Positions 6,939 through 14,264 of a stretch of DNA of 25,766 nt are shown piece by piece. A model generated the notes under the pieces. That model worked only from the letters and a program-made list of their open reading frames with translations. It did no database searches and was not told the DNA's origin. Origin of the DNA: a virus (taxonomy: Duplodnaviria; Caudoviricetes); the IMG/VR virus record IMGVR_UViG_3300046103_000373, positions 1 to 25,766 of that record. One strand, given 5' to 3'. The translations under genes and the position numbers were made by a program. Every line of letters starts with the position of its first letter. The stretch's first letter is position 1.

Positions 6939-7289
6939 CTAGTATGTCCAGACTGAATTTGGTTTACTTTCGTCATTGTCGCAATGGATAAAAGTTTTTG
7001 CAACTCCCAACCTACGGAATCCTGCTTTGATAAGGGCATTAAGAATAATGTATCTTTCTGAACCATTTCCAATGGCAATGTCTGAAGCTTTTCCGACAAG
7101 GTGACTTGAGTTGGAAACACCTCCCACCAATTCATTTCTTTCTTTTGTTCTGTAGCCAGAGGTAATTTTAAAGGGTATCCCTGCAATACCACGTGCGTCA
7201 TCGAGCATCTGCAAAAAACTATGATCCATATTAATGCCAGAGTTCTGGAGATCAGGCGAGTCAAATTCATACGATTCAAAATGTAACAT
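6939..7289 (-). CDS. endolysin, peptidase M15 family
   Basis: ITSGYRT..RN..VGG...SSHLVGKASDI...FIHCD: the H-x6-D...H zinc ligands of M15 peptidases. Confidence 0.9.
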   Translation of the reverse strand: MLHFESYEFDSPDLQNSGINMDHSFLQMLDDARGIAGIPFKITSGYRTKERNELVGGVSNSSHLVGKASDIAIGNGSERYIILNALIKAGFRRLGVAKTFIHCDNDESKPNSVWTY

Positions 7290-7291
7290 AT

Positions 7292-7369
7292 TTATTTAAG
7301 ATGAGTTCCGTCACAATATCCGTTAGCATTTGTTGTGTTTCCACATTGACAAATTTTAGGCTCTTTCAT
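7292..7369 (-). CDS. 25-aa CDGSH-type iron-sulfur motif micropeptide (not in ORF track)
   Basis: Hand translation: MKEPKICQCGNTTNANGYCDGTHLK. ATGA overlap upstream; ends 2 nt before the endolysin ATG; motif C-x-C-x2-T-x6-CDGTH. Confidence 0.75.
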   Translation of the reverse strand: MKEPKICQCGNTTNANGYCDGTHLK

Positions 7370-7536
7370 TTTTTGTTATTTGAAATTTTCTTTTTAATTT
7401 TTTTTCTTAGTTCTTCTACATTATCTTCAATAACATCAGGAATTCCATCTTTATCTTTGTCTTTAAAAACACCGTTGTAAGTTAACACAACTAATCCTGC
7501 TGATATTAACACTAATATACCAATTATTTTTATCAT
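7366..7536 (-). CDS. small membrane-anchored protein with DxDxDG motif (not in ORF track)
   Basis: Hand translation: MIKIIGILVLISAGLVVLTYNGVFKDKDKDGIPDVIEDNVEELRKKIKKKISNNKK (56 aa). Confidence 0.75.
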   Translation of the reverse strand: MIKIIGILVLISAGLVVLTYNGVFKDKDKDGIPDVIEDNVEELRKKIKKKISNNKK

Positions 7537-7539
7537 AAT

Positions 7540-7935
7540 TTATTTATTTTTTTTATCGTCAAAGTCCATTGCTTGTTTCAATATAAATTTATCAAACATA
7601 TCATCCTGATTTTTTAACATATCCTTTTGTAGTTTAATAATCATTGCTTCGTATTCGTCTTTGCTTTTAGTAAGAGATTCAATCGTTTGTTCTTTACTAT
7701 CTAGTTTGCTTTTAAGAGCATTTATATCGTCTGGTTTTGATCCTGTAATTGTTGATATAACCATAGCTAAAGAAGCAGAGAGAGTACCTACCAACATCAT
7801 TACAACTTCTTTGTTCGAGTCTAGTACAGGGTATTGAATAAACACTACTACTAATGCAACAATAAAAAAGAAGATTAATAATGCTCCGCTATATGAACGG
7901 ATCTCTTTTGCTACACCGTTTTTTGGTAAATTCAT
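7540..7935 (-). CDS. two-TM membrane protein with C-terminal coiled coil (lysis-associated)
   Basis: Hydrophobic helices ALLIFFFIVALVVVFIQY and VVMMLVGTLSASLAMVISTI, then a heptad region. Confidence 0.7.
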   Translation of the reverse strand: MNLPKNGVAKEIRSYSGALLIFFFIVALVVVFIQYPVLDSNKEVVMMLVGTLSASLAMVISTITGSKPDDINALKSKLDSKEQTIESLTKSKDEYEAMIIKLQKDMLKNQDDMFDKFILKQAMDFDDKKNK

Positions 7936-8075
7936 TTCTTAATTTTCTTATAGATTGATATTATTGTAAATACTATTGCAAGGCTTAAACTTATCGTTTG
8001 AAGTATAGGATTTGCTTTGCTTATTGATAAAGCCAAAGCTGAAACATTAATAAGTCCTATTTTCAAATCTTCCAT
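7932..8075 (-). CDS. small hydrophobic holin-like protein (not in ORF track)
   Basis: Hand translation: MEDLKIGLINVSALALSISKANPILQTISLSLAIVFTIISIYKKIKK (47 aa); two hydrophobic segments, basic tail, ATGA overlap downstream. Confidence 0.75.
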   Translation of the reverse strand: MEDLKIGLINVSALALSISKANPILQTISLSLAIVFTIISIYKKIKK

Positions 8076-8078
8076 TAT

Positions 8079-8945
8079 TTACAATGTAAAATCGTGAATT
8101 TGTTTAGATTCTGTCATACAAACATAAAGGTGCGATGCGTCTAAATTAAGTTGTACACACCTCATAGTGCCATTAGTACTTATAACAGAGGACAAATCTT
8201 TTTTTAAGAAGTTTGATCTTGTACTTGGATCATAAGCAGTTGATAAATCATATTGACCCATAATTCTATTATCGCCAAAGACATACATTCTAGTTCCGTT
8301 TAAATTAAATCCTATACCACGACAAGAAGCCCCCATATCAGTCACAATTCCACCACTTGAATAGGTAGTACCACAGCCAGTTCCCTGAGATGAAAAATCA
8401 TTAGGAGTATTTAAGGTGTATCTTCTAATATTATAAGTTGATGTTATAAATAATTTAGTTCCATCGTGGGAAACACATTGAGAAGCTGAAACTCTGTCAC
8501 CGCCTCCCCTTGAGCAAGAGCCTGTACCTAAAGTACCAAGTGTTGAAAGGTCTCCTGCGGTTCCAAAAGGTCTTCTGTAATAGTTATTCGTTGAATAAGG
8601 GTCAAAACTAATCCAACTATTATCATTGCTTGTGCAAAGTCCAGTCAGATAATCTGGAATTGAAGCTTGTGTCTCTTGAAATGTTTTTTGTACGGTTGTT
8701 ATAGTTGAAACATCAAAGGCAGTTCCGAAATTATATTGATTAAACCAATTTTGTCCACTACTTTTGTGTGAAGTGAATATTCTAGTACCATCTACCGACA
8801 TAAATATTCCACGAGGGTTTCCTTGACTACCTGCCGTAATTGTTTTTGTGGCACTTAAAGACATATTTGTAATGTCTCCAGATGATCCACTAGGAGAAGA
8901 AGCTACAATTCCTGCGGTAGTAAAAAACTTTTTATTAAAACCCAT
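8079..8945 (-). CDS. virion appendage/receptor-binding protein, probable beta-propeller
   Basis: Repeated blades: DGTRIF..QYNFGTAFDVST, DGTKLF..RYTLNTPNDFSS, NGTRMY..QYDLSTAYDPST; Ser/Thr/Gly-rich. Confidence 0.65.
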   Translation of the reverse strand: MGFNKKFFTTAGIVASSPSGSSGDITNMSLSATKTITAGSQGNPRGIFMSVDGTRIFTSHKSSGQNWFNQYNFGTAFDVSTITTVQKTFQETQASIPDYLTGLCTSNDNSWISFDPYSTNNYYRRPFGTAGDLSTLGTLGTGSCSRGGGDRVSASQCVSHDGTKLFITSTYNIRRYTLNTPNDFSSQGTGCGTTYSSGGIVTDMGASCRGIGFNLNGTRMYVFGDNRIMGQYDLSTAYDPSTRSNFLKKDLSSVISTNGTMRCVQLNLDASHLYVCMTESKQIHDFTL

Positions 8946-9413
8946 TTAGTTTAAATTTGGTAAAGAATAAGATGCAATTGATGCCTTTGTAGTAAGTGCA
9001 GAAATTTCTCCTTCTTTTGTTGCACATTCGGTTCTTAATCCAGACCTAGAATCTATAATGCTTTGAGGTGCATCCGTACCTTCTTGGGCTCTTATAATGT
9101 ACCAGTCTGTTTGAACTAGTTTTCTGTTGTAGATATTTTTAAGTTCTTCAATTTTTTCTGCTTTTAATTCCGCTACCGTTTCACTCCAAGTCTTATTCAC
9201 AACAGAGTATGTGAAAACCTTTGCACTATTATTCCAAATTAAATTCGTTGTGTTTTGAGTTGCTGAATTATACTCAGGTATTACAACATCATAAAATCCT
9301 GCTGCTTGATGTTCTGCGGTTGACATTAAATGGAATCCTCCAATTACATTATTCCAAGACTTAGGAATTGTTCCGTATTGTTTTATTTTATTTCCTATTT
9401 TTATTGCTTTCAT
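8946..9413 (-). CDS. tail fibre assembly chaperone-like protein
   Basis: ELKAEKIEELK...LVQTDWYIIRAQE...R..LR pattern of Tfa-like proteins; lies between two fibre genes. Confidence 0.6.
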   Translation of the reverse strand: MKAIKIGNKIKQYGTIPKSWNNVIGGFHLMSTAEHQAAGFYDVVIPEYNSATQNTTNLIWNNSAKVFTYSVVNKTWSETVAELKAEKIEELKNIYNRKLVQTDWYIIRAQEGTDAPQSIIDSRSGLRTECATKEGEISALTTKASIASYSLPNLN

Positions 9414-9416
9414 AAT

Positions 9417-10403
9417 TTATGGTGTTGTATCAACTGCAAACGTTGCAATTGCGTAAGTTAAAATAGCTGCGTTGTCCGTGTCATCTACACAAAGAACTTG
9501 AATAATATTTTTTGCAGATTGATCTAATTCCGTTGTTCCTACTTTATTAATTGCAGAAGTTGAAAAATCATCTGCTAAAGTAATCACAGCACTACTATTT
9601 GTTCCGCTTAAAAGAATATCAATAACTTGTCCCTTTTTTATGTTTTGTATATTAAAAGTAGCTGTTGCAACATTACCTGTGAAATTAAAAGCAGCATAAG
9701 TTTGAGCAGCTAAGTTTATAGTTCCACTAGTCGTTGTGATCGTTTGTAAAGCAGTATACCTACCTTCCAATTTATCGTGAGTAACATTGTCATCTAAGAT
9801 ATTACTGGTAACTACTTTTCCAGTTCCTATTGTTAAAAGACCATCGCCTGTTACGTCTCCTGTATGGGTTGCGTTTGTTAATTTAGCTGTGTTAGCAGTA
9901 ATTGCTGAGTTAATTGCGTTAGCCAATTTATCAGTTGTAACTGCATCGTCTGCTATTTTAGCAGTTGTTACATTTGAATTTAAGATTTTATCCGTAATAA
10001 CTTTATCCGCTCCTATTGAAACTACTCCTGCATTTGTCATTGTAGCATCACCACTTAAAGCTGCAGCAGTCATTCCAGTTCCATCACCTATAAGTATTTG
10101 TGTAGTTGCTAATGCTTTTTCAGTCAATACTCCACTACTGTTAGCATCACGGACTAAAAGTGAATTAGCTGCTACATTTTGCACTTTAGCAAGTGTTACT
10201 CCTGCGTTAGCTAAAGATATTGTAACTGCTCCTGTTGCTGAATCTCTTACAATAGGTGCGGTTGCTGTTATTGAATTAACATCTCCTGCATCATCTGTGT
10301 ACAACTCCGTAAAGTTGTCATTTACCATATCAAAGGCTTCTCGCAGAGGTGTTCCTGTACCATCATTTGCTGTCGTGCCTAAATTAATTGTCTGTTTTGC
10401 CAT
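9417..10403 (-). CDS. tail/collar fibre protein
   Basis: N-terminus KQTINLGTTANDGTGTPLREAFDMVNDNFTELY (T4 gp9/gp10-like attachment motif) and repeats VTLAKV, VITDKI, VTTAKI, VTTDKL, VTHDKL. Confidence 0.8.
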   Translation of the reverse strand: MAKQTINLGTTANDGTGTPLREAFDMVNDNFTELYTDDAGDVNSITATAPIVRDSATGAVTISLANAGVTLAKVQNVAANSLLVRDANSSGVLTEKALATTQILIGDGTGMTAAALSGDATMTNAGVVSIGADKVITDKILNSNVTTAKIADDAVTTDKLANAINSAITANTAKLTNATHTGDVTGDGLLTIGTGKVVTSNILDDNVTHDKLEGRYTALQTITTTSGTINLAAQTYAAFNFTGNVATATFNIQNIKKGQVIDILLSGTNSSAVITLADDFSTSAINKVGTTELDQSAKNIIQVLCVDDTDNAAILTYAIATFAVDTTP

Positions 10404-10414
10404 TTAGTTATATA

Positions 10415-10594
10415 TTAAAAATTTGTTTTATCTGCGGTATATTTTGTGTTGTCTGCCGAAACCAACGTAGTGTCTGCTCTAAAATTTGAATTATCAGCAT
10501 TAAAAGGATAAATAATTCCCCATCCATTTGCCTCATTCACAGCACCCCACCAACTTATGTCGTAAATATAACCGAAGTCTATATCATTTGCCAT
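10415..10594 (-). CDS. small structural adaptor-like peptide with xAD heptad repeats (not in ORF track)
   Basis: Hand translation: MANDIDFGYIYDISWWGAVNEANGWGIIYPFNADNSNFRADTTLVSADNTKYTADKTNF (59 aa). Confidence 0.75.
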   Translation of the reverse strand: MANDIDFGYIYDISWWGAVNEANGWGIIYPFNADNSNFRADTTLVSADNTKYTADKTNF

Positions 10595-10670
10595 TTTTTT
10601 CTATTTTTTTAATATAGTTTTTTAATTTAACTACATTTTTTTCTTTAGGCTTATATATATTTTTTCTCAA
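10584..10670 (-). CDS. putative 28-aa basic peptide with TTG start (not in ORF track)
   Basis: MRKNIYKPKEKNVVKLKNYIKKIEKNGK; the TTG overlaps the upstream TGA (TTGA) and the ORF fills the gap. Confidence 0.45.
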   Translation of the reverse strand: MRKNIYKPKEKNVVKLKNYIKKIEKNGK

Positions 10671-11176
10671 AGTACCCATCCATTAAATAAACTGTCTTTA
10701 TCAGGATAAACATCTTCATTATTATTTGTGTTGTATTCTGGATAGTCGCTTATATGAAATGTAACGTAATCTATCATTCTTCTTGTATAATATTCTGCAA
10801 ATTCTCTCTCTTTATTTACAAGATAATCAACTTCTGACTTGTCAACACTTTCAGAATTCTCACTTATATGTTTAAAAACCCCACCATTTTTGATCTGATA
10901 AGCTGCGAAAGGTAAATAGTCCACCATTGCATAATGTATCAACATAGGCTGTATATAGGTATTAACCAATAGTAAATATGCTCCTGTAAGTGATGCACCA
11001 CCAGTTCCAATTATATCAGTTGAAATTTTATTGTACAATTCCGAACCCATATAGTTTTTAATATGGATCTCCTGTGCTATTTTAATAAATTGAATAAATT
11101 TATCAGTATCAACGTTTCCATCTAATACTGTATTTTTTACTAAATCTGTTCTCGATATGAATAATGCTGTAGCCAT
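10667..11176 (-). CDS. head-tail connector/adaptor protein
   Basis: 169-aa helical protein immediately downstream of the portal; LDGNVDTDK..IKIAQEIHIKNYMGSELYNKI pattern recalled from Bacteroidota phage adaptors. Confidence 0.65.
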   Translation of the reverse strand: MATALFISRTDLVKNTVLDGNVDTDKFIQFIKIAQEIHIKNYMGSELYNKISTDIIGTGGASLTGAYLLLVNTYIQPMLIHYAMVDYLPFAAYQIKNGGVFKHISENSESVDKSEVDYLVNKEREFAEYYTRRMIDYVTFHISDYPEYNTNNNEDVYPDKDSLFNGWVL

Positions 11177-11179
11177 TTC

Positions 11180-12910
11180 TTATTTATTTACAAATCCTTG
11201 ATTCGGCATATCTTTTGGTTTCATAGATACTTCCCTTTCGTTAACTGGATTAAATCCATCTTTTCTTGATTTATTTGTAGATATGTTCGGATCTACATTA
11301 GCAATATTACCTTCAGTCTTTCCTTTAAAAGTTTGTCTTAGCCATTTATGATGACAAGCCCCTCCACCTTTGTAAAGCCATATTGAATATGTTGCTGCTC
11401 CGTTTAGTCCCCAACCCTTGTTGACTGCCTGACTACCCATTGCAATTATGTCTTCTTTTCTATACAGTTTTTTAGCAGCTACCATTTTTTTACAAAATTC
11501 TCTGCTGTTGGAAGACACACTTTCTGGACTGTATTTATATCGAACTTTAAATTCAACTCCTCTTACCTTTTTGTCTTGTTTAGATTTTGAGTTTGGCTTT
11601 GCTGTTCCTGCTCTAGCTAATCCTATCATTTTATCTAAAACTTCTTCTTGATCATAATCAACTTCACGTTCATCAACCAATTCCCATTTATCTAAATCTT
11701 CATCTTCACCATATTGTTTCAGCAAATTGTACATTTCATCATCATCAAACTGAACTTGTTGTGAGGACATCTTTACTCCAGTTTCTTCTTCTATTACATC
11801 ACTATCAGTAACACCTTCCATATCTGTGAATTCTAATGGCTGTAGTGTTTCAAAGTAAAGTTTTAAAGCAATACCGTTGAATCCTAGAATTTGATCAAAA
11901 CTATCAATTAATAGATCCTGAAATGGTTTTACTACCACATTGTCGCACAATATAGAAGCCGTTTTAAGCTCCTCTGCGTTGTTTCCAAGTCCCGTGTTAT
12001 CCTTTATACCAAAAAGCATCGGAGAGACGATCCTGTGGCTTACTAGTATCTTCTTAGACGATTCATCCGAAAGGAACTGGTACTGGTTATGAGCGTCACT
12101 TAACTGAACTGGTTCTAATGAAGCACTTGTCTCTGTATTGTCATTAAATGAAAGTATAAATTTTCCTGCTGATGAAGATCCACTAAACTTGTCATAGATT
12201 CTTTGTTCAATCAACTCTCTTTCTTCTTCATTAGGAATACCATTGTTAAAATTAATCAACATACTAGGAGCTAGTCCATTCTTAATATTGTTTAAATGGT
12301 AGTTAGCTATTTCTTCTTCTAATTCTGCGTATTGTAAGCCACCTTGATAATCTACTGGACTGTAGTAATAAAATCCTGCTCTATATGGTTTAACACAAAT
12401 AATTTCTATATCTTCTTTAGACTTTCCAAATGCAGGAATTCTTTTAGGCTTATCCATTGGCTTTAACTTAGACCAGTCTGCTGAATAGTAATAACCTTCA
12501 ACTTCATCTGAATCTTCGTTTACTTTTTCTGCTCTTATTGTTTCAATTGGTAAATGTTCTACTTGTGCTATCTTGGTCCTGTCTTTAGAATAAATGACTT
12601 GTATCGCACATTGACCCATTAGTTTAAGATCGTAGCAAAATTTTCTTACTGTATCTTTTTTAAATAACGATACCATTTGTGCATACTGATCAGGTTTTTT
12701 ATTGCTGTCTGTTGCATTTAGTCCCTTACCAAAAATCATTTGAGAAAGTCCATTTACAATAGCATTGTTTGTAGGGCTACCGTTATATCTGTCAATTAAA
12801 TACTGATAGTAATTGTTATCTTCACCGTAAAAAATCCAGTCTTTATTCTTTATCTCTTTTATTTCTGGAGAACTATAATTACTGAGGTTTACTATTCCTA
12901 ATTTTTTCAT
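11180..12910 (-). CDS. portal protein with C-terminal extension
   Basis: YGEDNNY..YLIDRYNGSPTNNAI, GQCAIQVIY, NGLAPSMLI, FSGSSSAGKF, ILVSHRIVSPMLFGI: HK97-like/PBSX-type portal pattern; 576 aa. Confidence 0.88.
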   Translation of the reverse strand: MKKLGIVNLSNYSSPEIKEIKNKDWIFYGEDNNYYQYLIDRYNGSPTNNAIVNGLSQMIFGKGLNATDSNKKPDQYAQMVSLFKKDTVRKFCYDLKLMGQCAIQVIYSKDRTKIAQVEHLPIETIRAEKVNEDSDEVEGYYYSADWSKLKPMDKPKRIPAFGKSKEDIEIICVKPYRAGFYYYSPVDYQGGLQYAELEEEIANYHLNNIKNGLAPSMLINFNNGIPNEEERELIEQRIYDKFSGSSSAGKFILSFNDNTETSASLEPVQLSDAHNQYQFLSDESSKKILVSHRIVSPMLFGIKDNTGLGNNAEELKTASILCDNVVVKPFQDLLIDSFDQILGFNGIALKLYFETLQPLEFTDMEGVTDSDVIEEETGVKMSSQQVQFDDDEMYNLLKQYGEDEDLDKWELVDEREVDYDQEEVLDKMIGLARAGTAKPNSKSKQDKKVRGVEFKVRYKYSPESVSSNSREFCKKMVAAKKLYRKEDIIAMGSQAVNKGWGLNGAATYSIWLYKGGGACHHKWLRQTFKGKTEGNIANVDPNISTNKSRKDGFNPVNEREVSMKPKDMPNQGFVNK

Positions 12911-13266
12911 ATAATAATAAAGTCGTTATCAAAACTGGTGTCTGATGTATATTCGTTCTTGTTAATTGTGTACTCCTGATTTAATTCTTGATTTACACCT
13001 TGAACTGTACAAAATATTTTATCTAAATATATAATTTTATTAGCAGTATTTTTTAAAACAAGATCGTAATATCTACCTTCAACTAAAACAGGATTAAAAG
13101 TAATTGGTACTGACAAATGATTACCTGAAGTTGTACAATTTATACTGCTGTAAGTTTTAACTGTCTTTGTACTGTCATCAGTTAGTACTGCTGTTGCTGT
13201 TGTGACATATTCTCTAGGAATAACTTTAAATGTTTGAGTCGATCCACTTGTAGTTAATACTTTCAT
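12907..13266 (-). CDS. hypothetical virion protein, beta-sandwich-like
   Basis: 119 aa, Thr-rich, LVEGRYYDLVL..IYLDKIFCT; ATGA-coupled to the portal. Confidence 0.65.
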   Translation of the reverse strand: MKVLTTSGSTQTFKVIPREYVTTATAVLTDDSTKTVKTYSSINCTTSGNHLSVPITFNPVLVEGRYYDLVLKNTANKIIYLDKIFCTVQGVNQELNQEYTINKNEYTSDTSFDNDFIII

Positions 13267-13271
13267 ATCAG

Positions 13272-13299
13272 TATAACGAAATTAATAAATAATCTTGTA
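13272..13299 (-). promoter_or_regulatory. candidate phage late promoter (portal operon)
   Basis: TACAAGAT-N12-TCGTTATA, directly after a terminator; same architecture at 16759-16786. Confidence 0.65.
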
Positions 13300-13301
13300 A
13301 A

Positions 13302-13335
13302 AAAAAAGGGTAACATTTCTGCTACCCAATTTAAT
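13302..13335 (-). terminator. intrinsic terminator, copy 1 of a 34-bp direct repeat
   Basis: ATTAAATT-GGGTAGCA-GAAA-TGTTACCC-TTTTTT with a GNRA loop; identical to 13625-13658. Confidence 0.9.
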
Positions 13336-13337
13336 TA

Positions 13338-13538
13338 TTACCTCATTTTAGAATGCTCCTGTTGCCAAGACATTTTTTTCATTAATTTTATATAAGCTTC
13401 TAATATTTCTACTAAAACTTCATTCTCTTTTCCCATTAATTTTCCGTAAACAGAAGTAGAGTCTATACTAGCTAAAAGTTCTTCAACTTTAGCTTTACAG
13501 TTTAAATATTCTTGAATGTGATTATTATTGTAAGTCAT
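13338..13538 (-). CDS. hypothetical protein, moron-like insertion
   Basis: 66-aa helical ORF with its own upstream region, bounded by duplicated terminators inside the structural module. Confidence 0.65.
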   Translation of the reverse strand: MTYNNNHIQEYLNCKAKVEELLASIDSTSVYGKLMGKENEVLVEILEAYIKLMKKMSWQQEHSKMR

Positions 13539-13624
13539 AACATAAATTTAAAAATTAATATCAAAGTCTTTCCTTGATCTAATGTAAAAGTAAAATGTTA
13601 ATGCGAACAATAAGTTCGTATAAT

Positions 13625-13658
13625 AAAAAAGGGTAACATTTCTGCTACCCAATTTAAT
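13625..13658 (-). terminator. intrinsic terminator, copy 2 of a 34-bp direct repeat
   Basis: Identical to 13302-13335; follows the tail tube gene. Confidence 0.9.
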
Positions 13659-13674
13659 CAAAATGAAAAATTTA

Positions 13675-14250
13675 CTATGCGTTCGTACCTAAAGTAATCG
13701 TAATTGTTCCAGTCAATCCTGCGTAGTCCGTTACACTAAATGGGAAGTCAACATCTTTAGTATCTGAATCCATAAAGTTTGCAGGTGCTTTTTCTTGAGC
13801 AGCAAATGTCAAAGTATATCCTGACATATCTCCCATAGCTGCACCAGTTACAATTGTACCACCATTTACATCAGCACCGTTTTCTAAGCCCATCATAAAT
13901 ACATTTCCGTTATAATCTTCAACTGCGATATGTGGTCTACCGTATGCTAATAATTTTAACTCAGCATTGTCTTCTTTAGTTAATTTATGCAAACTTAAAT
14001 TTAAAGTCTGCTCGAAAAATACTGTTCCGTTTTCTCTTGAAGATGTTACAGTTTGTTCTAAACTGCTACTTCCTTTTAATTCGTACTTAAATGCTGTTAA
14101 GTCTCCCGAAGTTCCTGTCATATTAGTAATTTCGTCTGCGGTTAAAGTCACAGTACCCAAATCACCAAAGTCAACAAAATAAACATTCTTTAATCCACCT
14201 ACAACATCCTTGCACGGTTCTTTTCTACCTCTTGTTAAATCACACGCCAT
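13675..14250 (-). CDS. major tail tube protein
   Basis: 191 aa, beta-rich; MACDLTRGRKEPCKDVVGGLK, ENGTVFFEQTLNL, GAAMGDMSGYTLTF; follows the capsid gene. Confidence 0.75.
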   Translation of the reverse strand: MACDLTRGRKEPCKDVVGGLKNVYFVDFGDLGTVTLTADEITNMTGTSGDLTAFKYELKGSSSLEQTVTSSRENGTVFFEQTLNLSLHKLTKEDNAELKLLAYGRPHIAVEDYNGNVFMMGLENGADVNGGTIVTGAAMGDMSGYTLTFAAQEKAPANFMDSDTKDVDFPFSVTDYAGLTGTITITLGTNA

Positions 14251-14264
14251 TTTTATATGTTTTT

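Noticed and set aside
8079-10403. Diversity-generating retroelement target in the fibre genes
   Set aside because: No reverse transcriptase and no template/variable repeat pair seen in the window.
9787-10407. 206-aa plus-strand ORF
   Set aside because: Antisense shadow of the Ala/Thr/Val-rich fibre gene, with no independent motif or expression signal.
13302-13658. 34-bp direct repeats read as a CRISPR mini-array or att sites
   Set aside because: Only two copies, 289 bp between them, enclosing an ORF; they fold as terminators, and no cas or integrase gene is in the window.
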